45,774 nt of DNA from contig JAFVEP010000036.1 of assembly GCA_017475935.1 (NCBI GenBank), positions 1 to 45,774 on the forward strand, in the 5' to 3' direction. A program made the position numbers and the translations under genes. Shown here in pieces: positions 19,315-28,716 of the stretch. Within the stretch, counting starts at the first letter, position 1, and the number at the start of each line of letters is the position of its first letter. Below the pieces are notes generated by a model, which made no database searches, was not told the origin of the DNA, and saw nothing but the letters and a program-made list of their open reading frames with translations. The DNA comes from Alphaproteobacteria bacterium. GTDB taxonomy: Bacteria > Pseudomonadota > Alphaproteobacteria > RF32 > CAG-239.

Positions 19315-20168
19315 TGAATTGGCTCACTGAAATCGTCCGTCCGAAAATCAAAAAAACAACACCGAAAGAAATTGCCGACAATATGTGGGTTAAGTGTCCG
19401 AACTGCGGCCAAATGCTGTTTTCAAAAGAGCTGAAACAAACACATTATGTATGCACTTCCTGCGGACACCATCTCCGTCTTTATATTGAAAAAAGATTCA
19501 AACTTCTGTTTGACGATGAAAAGTATGATCTGCTTGAATTACCGATCATCCAAGATGATCCGCTCAAGTTCAAAGATGTACAAAAATATGCCGACAGATT
19601 GAAAAGTAATCGAAAAAAAACCGGTATTCAAGATGCTATTCAGGTCGCTAAAGGTAAAATCGGCGGCATTAATTCCATTGTTGCCGCATTAGATTTTTCA
19701 TTCATGGGCGGTTCAATGGGAATGGCTGTCGGTGAAGGTATTGTCACCGGTGTGCGCAAAGCATTAAAGGAAAAAATACCATTCATCACTGTCGCTTCGT
19801 CCGGAGGAGCGCGCATGCAGGAAGGCATGTTTTCTTTAATGCAAATGGCTCGAACAACCGCAGCTGTTAACGAACTGAAAGAAGCCGGCATTCCGTTTAT
19901 ATCTATCTTAACAGATCCGACAACCGGCGGGGTTTCTGCCTCTTTTGCCATGCTCGGAGATGTGAATATTGCGGAAAAAGGTTGCTTAATCGGTTTTGCC
20001 GGTCAACGTGTTATTGAACAAACCATTCATGAAAAGTTACCGGAAGGTTTTCAACGTGCTGAATATCTTCTGGAACACGGTATGGTCGACATGGTTGTCG
20101 AACGTAAACAAATGAAGGATGAACTGATTAAAGTCCTGAAAGTTCTGACAGCACATCTGAAAAAATAA
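19314..20168 (+). CDS. accD: Acetyl-CoA carboxylase carboxyltransferase beta subunit
   Basis: CPNC/CTSC zinc finger, FMGGSMG, SGGARMQEG, PTTGGVSASFA. Confidence 0.97.
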   Translation: MNWLTEIVRPKIKKTTPKEIADNMWVKCPNCGQMLFSKELKQTHYVCTSCGHHLRLYIEKRFKLLFDDEKYDLLELPIIQDDPLKFKDVQKYADRLKSNRKKTGIQDAIQVAKGKIGGINSIVAALDFSFMGGSMGMAVGEGIVTGVRKALKEKIPFITVASSGGARMQEGMFSLMQMARTTAAVNELKEAGIPFISILTDPTTGGVSASFAMLGDVNIAEKGCLIGFAGQRVIEQTIHEKLPEGFQRAEYLLEHGMVDMVVERKQMKDELIKVLKVLTAHLKK

Positions 20169-20191
20169 TTGTCACCAAGCGATAAGTGTCT

Positions 20192-20219
20192 ATGACTCGA
20201 TGGTTTCGAGTCATTTTTT
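20192..20219 (+). terminator. Intrinsic terminator after accD
   Basis: atgactcga-tggtt-tcgagtcat followed by T5. Confidence 0.8.
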
Positions 20220-20220
20220 A

Positions 20221-20249
20221 TTGACAAAACAATATAAATGTGCGAGAAT
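20221..20249 (+). promoter_or_regulatory. Sigma70-type promoter
   Basis: TTGACA-N17-GAGAAT immediately after the accD terminator. Confidence 0.5.
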
Positions 20250-20339
20250 TTCAGTACAAAAATAAGGATTTATATAAATATTATGAGGTTGGACCTAAGG
20301 AAATCCGGCGCACCTCTAAAAAGCGCAAAAATTGAAGAT

Positions 20340-22124
20340 ATGTTGTATTTCGTATTTTCAGTGGTATTGGTAATTCTATATGTAGTTTTTAACTATTTTG
20401 CAGAAAAACCTCAGACAAAGAGCAGCTTCTGGATTGTCGGAGTAGGAATGTTTATCGGTGGCGCGTTCCACTTGGTGAACTATTTCGCAATGCCGACGTT
20501 GGCCTACGACTGCTGGCCGCTCTATTTCGAGCTGGCAATCTTTTTGGCTATCAGTATCCTGTTCACATCCCTCAGAATATCTGAGGGGGAGAACGCTGTA
20601 GAGCTCGATAACAAGACCATTCGCTATGCTTTCTTCGGCGGGCTGATAGGTGGATTCCTCATGTTGGTAGCGTGGTTCTATACGTGGGATTTTTTCCACA
20701 CAGAATACCAACAAAAGCTTCTGGTGGTGAAAGATACCATTGACGTCCGCAAGGATGCCAATGGAACAGCTCAAGTCTTTTCACCAATTCCGGTGGAAAA
20801 AATGAGCATTCACCCGGCAGAGGTGGTCAACCGAGCTTTCTTAAATAAGCTCGGGGATCTCAAAAACACTTTTGAGATTTCTCCGTTGACCAAGCAAAGC
20901 GTGACAGTCCACGCCGACGTTGAAACAATCGACGGCAAACATGTCCGCTTGGACTACGATAACCAACTGATGTATGTTGGTATCCTCGAGTTCAAGGACT
21001 TCTGGACATGGAAAGCCCAGAAAGCCTCTCCGGCCTATCTGCTGGCTGATGCCGCCGATAAGGACAAGGCATGGATTATCAGCAAGGTGAACGGCGAGGA
21101 AATAAGAATCGCCTACACTCCAGAGGCTAACTTCGGTTACAATCTGGAGCGTCACCTGCGTATGAACGGCTTTGCCTCAACAATTCTCGATGACTTCAAT
21201 ATCGAGATTGATGAGAACGGGCGTCCGTATGCTCCTGTGACCACCCTTGAAAAAGTGGTTGGCATGAGCACACCGCAGGTAACAGGAGTTGCTGTCGTTG
21301 ATGTGCAGACCGGTGATATCAAATGGTATAAGCCTGAAGATGCACCATCATTCGTCAATAGAATTTATCCGGAATGGCTCGTTTACGAGCGTATCACAAA
21401 TTGGGGAGAATACCCCAACGGATATTTCCACTGGACGAATAACGACGGCCTGTTGCAGCCGTGCGAAGGTATGGATATCGTTCAAACTAAGAACGGATGT
21501 TCATACTACGTCGGCATTCAGGCCAAAACTGGCAACTTCGATACCGAGGGCTATATGCTGATCGATATCCGCACCGGTGTCGCCACGTATTACAAGCGTG
21601 ACGGCATCTCGGAAACCGAGGCTGTCCGCGTTCTCAAGACCAACACCTATAAGAACATCAGTATTCAGGTCAACGACAGCATTCTGTATTTGACTGAGCC
21701 TATCTACTATAATATAGAGGGGCTGAATACGTTCTTTGCCACATTTGTTGCCAAAGCCGACCTGACAGTTAAGTATTATGCTTTCTGCAGTGCCGATAGC
21801 AAAGATGTGGTTGGTGTCGGTGAAACGATGGAAGAAGCTAAAGCCATGTACGTAGATTCCTACCATAAACACATGGCTGTCAACTTTTCCAAGCTTGAGA
21901 CCACTGACAAGCGCGCCGAGGTGACTCTTGAGGCTGTGGTTCTGGAGAAAGTTCAGGAAGGAAATGCCTATTACTTCCGTTTGGAAGGTCAGGAAGGAAA
22001 GACCTTCTACGCTTATTCTAGCATAACACCGGATGTCCGTTGGTCCGCTAAAAAAATTAAGATCTCTTATAATAAAACTGATGCAAACACAATTGCTATC
22101 AGTTCGTATAAAGCTCTTAATTAA
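20340..22124 (+). CDS. Uncharacterised membrane protein: ~4 TM helices plus large soluble beta-rich domain; atypical codon usage
   Basis: Motifs NLERHL...G, FNIEIDENGRPY, VDVQTGDIKWY, APSFVNRIYP, WGEYPNG. C/G-ending codons (TTC, AAG, GAC) are more frequent than in neighbours. Start set to ATG 20340. Confidence 0.85.
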   Translation: MLYFVFSVVLVILYVVFNYFAEKPQTKSSFWIVGVGMFIGGAFHLVNYFAMPTLAYDCWPLYFELAIFLAISILFTSLRISEGENAVELDNKTIRYAFFGGLIGGFLMLVAWFYTWDFFHTEYQQKLLVVKDTIDVRKDANGTAQVFSPIPVEKMSIHPAEVVNRAFLNKLGDLKNTFEISPLTKQSVTVHADVETIDGKHVRLDYDNQLMYVGILEFKDFWTWKAQKASPAYLLADAADKDKAWIISKVNGEEIRIAYTPEANFGYNLERHLRMNGFASTILDDFNIEIDENGRPYAPVTTLEKVVGMSTPQVTGVAVVDVQTGDIKWYKPEDAPSFVNRIYPEWLVYERITNWGEYPNGYFHWTNNDGLLQPCEGMDIVQTKNGCSYYVGIQAKTGNFDTEGYMLIDIRTGVATYYKRDGISETEAVRVLKTNTYKNISIQVNDSILYLTEPIYYNIEGLNTFFATFVAKADLTVKYYAFCSADSKDVVGVGETMEEAKAMYVDSYHKHMAVNFSKLETTDKRAEVTLEAVVLEKVQEGNAYYFRLEGQEGKTFYAYSSITPDVRWSAKKIKISYNKTDANTIAISSYKALN

Positions 22125-22127
22125 CCA

Positions 22128-22161
22128 TAAAAGAAGCCGCTCCTTTTGGGGCGGCTTCTTT
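22128..22161. terminator. Bidirectional intrinsic terminator
   Basis: aaagaagccgc-tccttttggg-gcggcttcttt between convergent genes. Confidence 0.85.
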
Positions 22162-22176
22162 GCACGCTGCAAATTT

Positions 22177-22968
22177 TTAAAAATTATTCCGTTCGATATC
22201 AAGGAAATATTCCACCGTTTCAGGTGATAATTCATCAGTAGCCTCCTTATCACAAACAATAATACCGTGCGGATGCCGCTGCAATTCGGACACAGTCCAC
22301 ACATGGCTGACTCCCTCCTCTATTCCATGATGCAATGCCTTAGCCTTATTTTTACCCGTGGCCAAAATCAAAACTTCCTTAGCATCCATGATTGTTCCGA
22401 TACCAACCGTCAGAGCCTGCGTCGGCACTTTGCTTAAATCATGATCAAAAAACCTTGAATTGGCCCGAATTGTGCTTTGTGTCAGTGTCTTAATACGTGT
22501 CCGCGACTGCAAAGATGAGAAAGGCTCATTAAATGCAATATGCCCATCTTCACCAACACCGCCGATAAATAAATGCACCCCGCCGACAGCTTTCATGGCC
22601 GCTTCAAAGTCAGCACATTCTTTCATATAGTTTTTGGTCATGCCGTCCAGTATATGAATATTCTCCGGCTTAATATCAATGTATTTGAAAAAATTTTCCT
22701 GCATGAAATAGTGATAACTCTGCGGATGGCTCGGCTCTAAGCCGATATATTCATCCATATTAAACGTGACCACATTCTCAAATGAAATTTTATGCGCCTG
22801 AAATAATTTAATGAGATTGGCATACATTCCGAGCGGTGTTGAACCTGTCGGCAGTCCCAATACAAACGGTTTGGTTCGTGTCGGTTTAAATTCTTTGATA
22901 CGAAATGCCACGTAATTAGCAGCCCAATCCGCAACAGCATCTTTGTCATTCTTAATGATAACACGCAT
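22177..22968 (-). CDS. nagB: Glucosamine-6-phosphate deaminase
   Basis: LGLPTGSTP, TFNMDEY, GGVGEDGHIAFNEP, ALTVGIGTI. Confidence 0.97.
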   Translation of the reverse strand: MRVIIKNDKDAVADWAANYVAFRIKEFKPTRTKPFVLGLPTGSTPLGMYANLIKLFQAHKISFENVVTFNMDEYIGLEPSHPQSYHYFMQENFFKYIDIKPENIHILDGMTKNYMKECADFEAAMKAVGGVHLFIGGVGEDGHIAFNEPFSSLQSRTRIKTLTQSTIRANSRFFDHDLSKVPTQALTVGIGTIMDAKEVLILATGKNKAKALHHGIEEGVSHVWTVSELQRHPHGIIVCDKEATDELSPETVEYFLDIERNNF

Positions 22969-22973
22969 GATTT

Positions 22974-24140
22974 TTATCCTCTCTGAAAAAATTTTCCTTG
23001 TACAATGGTTCCTATAACATTTAAATCTTTATCAATCATCACCAGATCCGCATCATAGCCTGGTGCAACAACCCCCAAATGTTCCTGCTTCATAATCCGT
23101 GCCGGATTTGTTGAGGCCATGTGAACAGCTTCTTCAAGACGAAACCCGTATGAAACAATGTTTCTGACGCTATCAATCATGGTCAAAGCCGAACCGGCAA
23201 TAACATTATCTGATTTTCGATAAAAAAACTTATCCAAATATACTTCATCGCCATTTGCTACCAACGGCAAGTGATCTTGTTTTGTCGGTTTGAGCGAATC
23301 CGTAACCAAAACCACTTTATCCAATGTTTTGCAGTTCAGCAAAAATTTAATAATATCCGGATGAATATGGATTCCATCAGCAATAATTTCACAAGAAAGC
23401 TCCGGATGTATAAAAACTGCGCCAACGGCCCCCGGATCCCGATGATGCATGCGGCTCATGGCGTTAAACAAATGCGTCACATGAAAAATACGCGCCTGCA
23501 TTCCCTCAAGCATTTGCTTATATGTTGCATTCGTATGTCCGGCTTGCAAAACAATCCCTTTAGCCAAGCAATTTAAGGCCAATTCACGCATATGTTTCAG
23601 CTCCGGTGCAACCGTCATGTTGATGATATGCCCTTCCGAGGCTTCCCATAACTCGTCCATATAGTCCAAGTTAACGGCACTGAGTGATTCCGGCAACTGA
23701 ACGCCCAATCGTTCCGGTGAAATAAACGGGCCTTCCAAATGCATTCCCAAAATACGCGCCCCTTTTTCTTTTCCCATTGCTCCGACAATGGCGCGTATGC
23801 CTTTCAGCATTTTTTCACGCGGCATGGCATACAATGTCGGAATAAACGATGTCACCCCGAATTCCAACAATTTTTCCGACATTCCGAGAATCGATTTAAC
23901 GGAGCAATCCTCTGTGCCGTATCCGCCTATTCCGTGAATATGTGTATCAATCATACCGGGAATAATATACGCCCCTTTAGCATCAATAATTTCCGTATCA
24001 GCACGGAATTTTTTCTGCAAAAACCGATCTTCATTAAACACATCAACAATCTTATTCTGCCGCAATAAAACAGCACAGTTTTTCATCATGGCAAAACCGG
24101 TCAAAATTGTCGCATTATGAATGCATGTCGCCGCAACCAT
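22974..24140 (-). CDS. nagA: N-acetylglucosamine-6-phosphate deacetylase
   Basis: PGMIDTHIHG, HLEGPFI, GHTNAT, THLFNAM, IADGIH, VTDS, IAGSAL. Confidence 0.96.
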   Translation of the reverse strand: MVAATCIHNATILTGFAMMKNCAVLLRQNKIVDVFNEDRFLQKKFRADTEIIDAKGAYIIPGMIDTHIHGIGGYGTEDCSVKSILGMSEKLLEFGVTSFIPTLYAMPREKMLKGIRAIVGAMGKEKGARILGMHLEGPFISPERLGVQLPESLSAVNLDYMDELWEASEGHIINMTVAPELKHMRELALNCLAKGIVLQAGHTNATYKQMLEGMQARIFHVTHLFNAMSRMHHRDPGAVGAVFIHPELSCEIIADGIHIHPDIIKFLLNCKTLDKVVLVTDSLKPTKQDHLPLVANGDEVYLDKFFYRKSDNVIAGSALTMIDSVRNIVSYGFRLEEAVHMASTNPARIMKQEHLGVVAPGYDADLVMIDKDLNVIGTIVQGKFFQRG

Positions 24141-24247
24141 TCTCTCCTCCCTTTTAAGAACAGATTATCTTTTATCTTTTAATATTTTATTAGCAAAAAA
24201 AAATTTTCCGCATCTCTACGAAAAATTTTTATTCTTATTGACATCCG

Positions 24248-25015
24248 TCAGCTTCTATCAAGTGTATCTTTTGTTAACGCCTGTATCGTGTCAAGAGACA
24301 TCTGACGAACTCTCAAAGTGTCTTTTTTACCGCCTGTCTCGCTATTATCGCTTGCCACACTATCCGTGTTTTTTACAACACTATCATTTGTCTCAAACGC
24401 AGCAGCTAATTTAAGCTGTTTATCATCCCATCTTTTTTGTCTCTCACGATAATGTTGTTCATTTTTTTCTACTATTTTCTGTGCTTGTTTACGCTTTGTT
24501 TCCAAGTATTGTTTATAAGTTCTCATATTATCATCATAAGTGCGTGCATCCCCGATATACACCAATTTTTTATCTTCGCCGACAGCAAAGCACGGTTGAT
24601 CCTTCAAAACTGTTATACCGTATTGATTAACAAAAACTTCAACCCACCCCTGTTCAGATGCGGGACTTATATAAATCAATTCAGAATGGGTTTTTTCGTT
24701 ATGATATGCATTCGGCAAATCCTCCACCGGCGTACCCCAACGCATTTGTTCAAATCTCGCTTCTTTCATATCGGCTGCTTTGTAGACCGGAAAAGCAACC
24801 ACTTTTTGATTAGAAATATGACCGAACATATCCGGACGGACTAATATTTCTCCGGTTTCATGGTAATAAGCAATGTCTTGTATCACATTATCTTTTGCTG
24901 GTGTCTTTTGCTTGCAACCGTTCATACACGAGCCGAGAGCAAGTGCCAACGCAACATTTTTCAGTTTATTCAACTGATGTAAGTGCTTATTTTTATATGT
25001 CTGCTTTTTATCCAT
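24248..25015 (-). CDS. Hypothetical protein, possible lipoprotein
   Basis: GGAGGT RBS before ATG 25015; hydrophobic ALALALGSC segment. Confidence 0.7.
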   Translation of the reverse strand: MDKKQTYKNKHLHQLNKLKNVALALALGSCMNGCKQKTPAKDNVIQDIAYYHETGEILVRPDMFGHISNQKVVAFPVYKAADMKEARFEQMRWGTPVEDLPNAYHNEKTHSELIYISPASEQGWVEVFVNQYGITVLKDQPCFAVGEDKKLVYIGDARTYDDNMRTYKQYLETKRKQAQKIVEKNEQHYRERQKRWDDKQLKLAAAFETNDSVVKNTDSVASDNSETGGKKDTLRVRQMSLDTIQALTKDTLDRS

Positions 25016-25159
25016 CTTAACCACCTCCATGTCTAACAAAATATACTAAAAATATTTTTTTTGTCAATACTTTATTGCAAAGAATTTGGTATAACATCCA
25101 AAAAAACATTGCCCGCATGTTAATTCGGTTTATGATACGAACGTTAATCGAGGTACGAC

Positions 25160-26386
25160 ATGCTAAACATTATATGGTCATCTTTTTTCATTATCGGTTT
25201 TGCTTCTGCATTGTATCAAGCCGTTGTTTCCGGCAACTCGGGGATTTGGACAGAAGTCACCAACCAACTTTTTTCTTCGGCAACAAATGCTTTTCAGCTT
25301 TCGCTTAATCTGACAGGCATGCTCTGTCTATGGCTCGGCTTATTAAAAATCGCTGAAAAATCAGGACTGACTGATATAATGGCGAAAATTCTTCGTCCTC
25401 TTTTCAGAGTGATCATGCCGGAAGTTCCCGAAAATCATCCGGCAATCGGCTCCATCGTGATGAATATGGCGGCTAATATTCTGGGCTTAGACAATGCAGC
25501 CACTCCGATGGGACTTAAATCCATGGAACAACTGCAAGAGTTAAACTCTGATAAAAGCCAAGCGTCCAATCCGCAAATTATGTTCATTGTCATCAACGCT
25601 TCCGCCATCACCGTTTTACCGATTTCCATTCTCATGTACCGACATTTGCAAGGAGCGTCCAATCCGTCTGCCGTGTTTATCCCTATCCTGCTCGCCACGT
25701 CATTATCCACATTAGCCGGTTTTTTAGCGGTTGCTTGGGTACAAAAGCTGCATATTTTCAATCGCACGGTATTAGCTTATCTTTGCGGATTGATTGCCGT
25801 TATCGGCTTAATCAGCGCACTCTTCTATTCCATGGATACAACCGCCCGATTGCAATTTTCAGAAACCTTCGGCAACGCCCTAATTTTTACCTTCATTGTT
25901 CTGTTTTTGATTTTCGGTGCCGTCAAGCGCCTCAACCTCTATGAAACTTTCATATCCGGCGCCAAAGAAGGTTTTCAGATTGCCGTCCAAATCATTCCGT
26001 ATTTGGTGGCCATGCTGGTTGCCATATCCGTTATTCGCTCATCGGGAGTCTTAGACTTAATCACTGTCGGCGCCGAAAAATTTTTCACTTTTTTAGGTTT
26101 TAACACCGACTTTATTCCGGCCCTGCCGACTGCCCTCATGAAACCCCTATCCGGTAACGGCGCCAGAGCCATGATGATTGAAACGATGCAAACCTATGGG
26201 GCAGACAGTTTTCCGGCTTTTGTCGCTTCTACAATCCAAGGTTCGACCGAAACAACCTTCTATGTGATTGCGCTTTATTTCGGGGCGGTTAAAATTGCCA
26301 AGACAAGATCAGCTCTTCCTTGCGCTTTATTCGCCGATTTTGTCGGTATCACCGCCGCCATCGTTTTATCCTATTTTTTCTATTGA
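25160..26386 (+). CDS. SpmA/SpmB-like fused membrane protein (nucleoside recognition gate domains)
   Basis: ANILGLDNAATPMGLK, KPLSGNGA, GSTETTFYVIALYFG; multi-TM. Confidence 0.9.
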   Translation: MLNIIWSSFFIIGFASALYQAVVSGNSGIWTEVTNQLFSSATNAFQLSLNLTGMLCLWLGLLKIAEKSGLTDIMAKILRPLFRVIMPEVPENHPAIGSIVMNMAANILGLDNAATPMGLKSMEQLQELNSDKSQASNPQIMFIVINASAITVLPISILMYRHLQGASNPSAVFIPILLATSLSTLAGFLAVAWVQKLHIFNRTVLAYLCGLIAVIGLISALFYSMDTTARLQFSETFGNALIFTFIVLFLIFGAVKRLNLYETFISGAKEGFQIAVQIIPYLVAMLVAISVIRSSGVLDLITVGAEKFFTFLGFNTDFIPALPTALMKPLSGNGARAMMIETMQTYGADSFPAFVASTIQGSTETTFYVIALYFGAVKIAKTRSALPCALFADFVGITAAIVLSYFFY

Positions 26387-26394
26387 GGCCGATC

Positions 26395-26832
26395 ATGAAA
26401 CTGCTTGTACAAAAAGTTCTTTCCGCGTCCGTAACCGTGCAAAATAAATCCGTTGCCGCTATTGAAAACGGGTTGCTTGTCTTCATCGGCATCGAAAAAG
26501 GAGATACACCGCAACAAGCATCCTACCTGGCCAAAAAAATTGCCTCCTTGCGTATTTTCACAGACAATCAGGACAAGATGAATCTTTCAATTAAAGATGT
26601 GAACGGCGAAATTCTGGTTGTTTCACAATTTACACTGGCCGCCGATCTGAGCCGAGGCAATCGTCCCGGATTTGATCATGCGGCCGCTCCGGACATTGCA
26701 GAATCTTTATATCTTTTCTTTGTTCAAGAGCTCAAATCGTATAATTTACCTGTTCAAACCGGCATTTTTCAAGCTGATATGAAAGTCGCACTGATCAACG
26801 ATGGTCCATGTACTTTTTTGCTCAGCAAATAA
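26395..26832 (+). CDS. dtd: D-aminoacyl-tRNA deacylase
   Basis: LVQKVLSASV, LRIF, VSQFTL, GNRPGF, NDGP. Confidence 0.95.
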   Translation: MKLLVQKVLSASVTVQNKSVAAIENGLLVFIGIEKGDTPQQASYLAKKIASLRIFTDNQDKMNLSIKDVNGEILVVSQFTLAADLSRGNRPGFDHAAAPDIAESLYLFFVQELKSYNLPVQTGIFQADMKVALINDGPCTFLLSK

Positions 26833-28668
26833 TTAAAAATAATATTTGAAATCCACACCATACTCGTGATTATTGCGCCCGTATTTATAGCGATTGTATG
26901 TATAGCCGATTTGTGCAGACAACTGATCCGTCAAATCAACGGAAAATTTTGTTTTGTATTGCAAAACGCGCCCGAAATGCCGGCTGGAAAACGTATTTTC
27001 CAACGCATTGATCAAGCGTACGCCTCCAAAATCATTATACACGCCGATTTCCGGAGCCAAGCCTGTATATTGGTTGTGCGGAATAAAGCCGCCGTAATTT
27101 CCATGTGCGGAAATCAATCCGTAAAACCAAACAGACGGATGAAGTTCAAATGTTTGCCCCAAGCCGAAAGCCAGAGATCCGATATAGCCCTGTTTTTGTA
27201 AATTCTGATCATATATCCGACGCAAGGCAACTTCCGTGCGATACGAAATCTGGTGAAAAATTCTGTTTGTTGGAACCAAGGAAGTAATATGTATCGGTAT
27301 AAAATGCTGCAAAACAAGACGATGTTTTTGATTATAATAATGCCAGCGCGATTCCAAAACTTTAACCGATGCACCAGGAAGCAATCCCCAAGTGCGATCC
27401 GTTAAATCCGTATATGCCGGACGAATGACAATGCTTTCAAAACTCTGATGATGATTTATACCCGTTCCGAGCGAAAATAAAAAGGAATGATGGGCAAAAA
27501 CCGGATCTTTTTCATGATAATTTTTTTCATCTTGTTCTTGTTTGGATAAAACACTTCGTTGTCTTAAAATTTTGAAGCTGTTGCGGCGATATGCTTTCAA
27601 TTCAATTTCTTTAGCGACATATTTATATTGATAGTATTGGTACAACGTTTCCAAAACATTTCTCTTTTCATCATCCGAAAGGTTTTCCAAATAATTTTCT
27701 TGATCCTTGATAGACTCGCGCAGAACTTTATATTCTTTTGGGTTCATTTGTTCAATTTGATGCATAATTTTCGTATATCGCGCCGGTCTGTAATGAACAT
27801 CACCGATCAGTCCGTCAACCTCTTTGAGTGTTTTCAGTGTATCAAGAGGAATAGCCCAATATTCATATCCTTCGGTCAATTCTAAAGCCGGACGAACCGC
27901 CTCCAACAGCTCCAACAGCATAAATGAACAATTTTTATTCAAAAAATAGTACTGCACGAGAGCATATTTCATTTCGTATAAGTGATCGACGAAGGTCTTC
28001 ATTTCTTCATCTGTTAAATTAAGTTTATATTCCCAAATATCTCTATTTTCTATATTATTATAGTGGTTTATAATGCTCCAATAAGGATTGAGCGAATATC
28101 CTCCCCAATAAAAACCAAACAGACCTTTGAGCGCAAAAGGAATGCCGGAATCCGTTCCCGAATTGGCTCCGAAGTTTGCCCCGTGTGCCAACATTTGTGT
28201 GCCTTTGCGCGCCGTATCAATGCGAATCAAAGTATGACCGAACAAAGAAGCCGGATTTTGCATAAAAGAATTGGTGAATAAAACCGTAATCCCTTGCGGT
28301 TGAATATCTTTAATGAATTGTTGGTACTCAGTACAATTCATTAAATCGCCGTCAACATAATGATTTTTTTTGAGCCATTTGAACCGCGCCGGAAAATCGC
28401 ATTTGCGCTGATCTTGTTTGCGATTGAACGTTTTTTGCTCCGCTTCAAACTCCGCTTTCGGATCAATCATTCCTCGATCTGAAATGTAGAATTTTTCGCT
28501 TTGAATCAATCCGATAGAGTCATTCTTGTAATGTAAAAGTTTAATCCACTCTATATTATTCCAAGGTTGAGAATCAGGCTGATGCACAACAATTTCTGCA
28601 GCCAAAGATTGCGCTGTCAAACTCAGAACCGCTAAAATAAAGGAAATTAAATATCGCGTGTTTAACAT
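26833..28668 (-). CDS. DUF4105 (Lnb-like N-terminal domain) protein with probable C-terminal beta-barrel
   Basis: Signal peptide, W..LLHY, CDFPAR, PASLFGHT, ENRDIWEYKLNL, YYFLNKNCS, YRP, terminal aromatic KYYF. Confidence 0.85.
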   Translation of the reverse strand: MLNTRYLISFILAVLSLTAQSLAAEIVVHQPDSQPWNNIEWIKLLHYKNDSIGLIQSEKFYISDRGMIDPKAEFEAEQKTFNRKQDQRKCDFPARFKWLKKNHYVDGDLMNCTEYQQFIKDIQPQGITVLFTNSFMQNPASLFGHTLIRIDTARKGTQMLAHGANFGANSGTDSGIPFALKGLFGFYWGGYSLNPYWSIINHYNNIENRDIWEYKLNLTDEEMKTFVDHLYEMKYALVQYYFLNKNCSFMLLELLEAVRPALELTEGYEYWAIPLDTLKTLKEVDGLIGDVHYRPARYTKIMHQIEQMNPKEYKVLRESIKDQENYLENLSDDEKRNVLETLYQYYQYKYVAKEIELKAYRRNSFKILRQRSVLSKQEQDEKNYHEKDPVFAHHSFLFSLGTGINHHQSFESIVIRPAYTDLTDRTWGLLPGASVKVLESRWHYYNQKHRLVLQHFIPIHITSLVPTNRIFHQISYRTEVALRRIYDQNLQKQGYIGSLAFGLGQTFELHPSVWFYGLISAHGNYGGFIPHNQYTGLAPEIGVYNDFGGVRLINALENTFSSRHFGRVLQYKTKFSVDLTDQLSAQIGYTYNRYKYGRNNHEYGVDFKYYF

Positions 28669-28674
28669 ACATAA

Positions 28675-28701
28675 AGACAGCCACCTTTTTAGTGGCTGTC
28701 T
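28675..28701 (-). terminator. Stem-loop between the DUF3015 and DUF4105 genes
   Basis: agacagccac-N7-gtggctgtct, with a short T run on the minus strand. Confidence 0.5.
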
Positions 28702-28716
28702 CTCCATCAACTTACA

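Noticed and set aside
21501-22304. 267-aa antisense ORF
   Set aside because: It is a shadow of the sense membrane-protein gene and crosses a terminator and nagB; it has no RBS or recognisable motifs.
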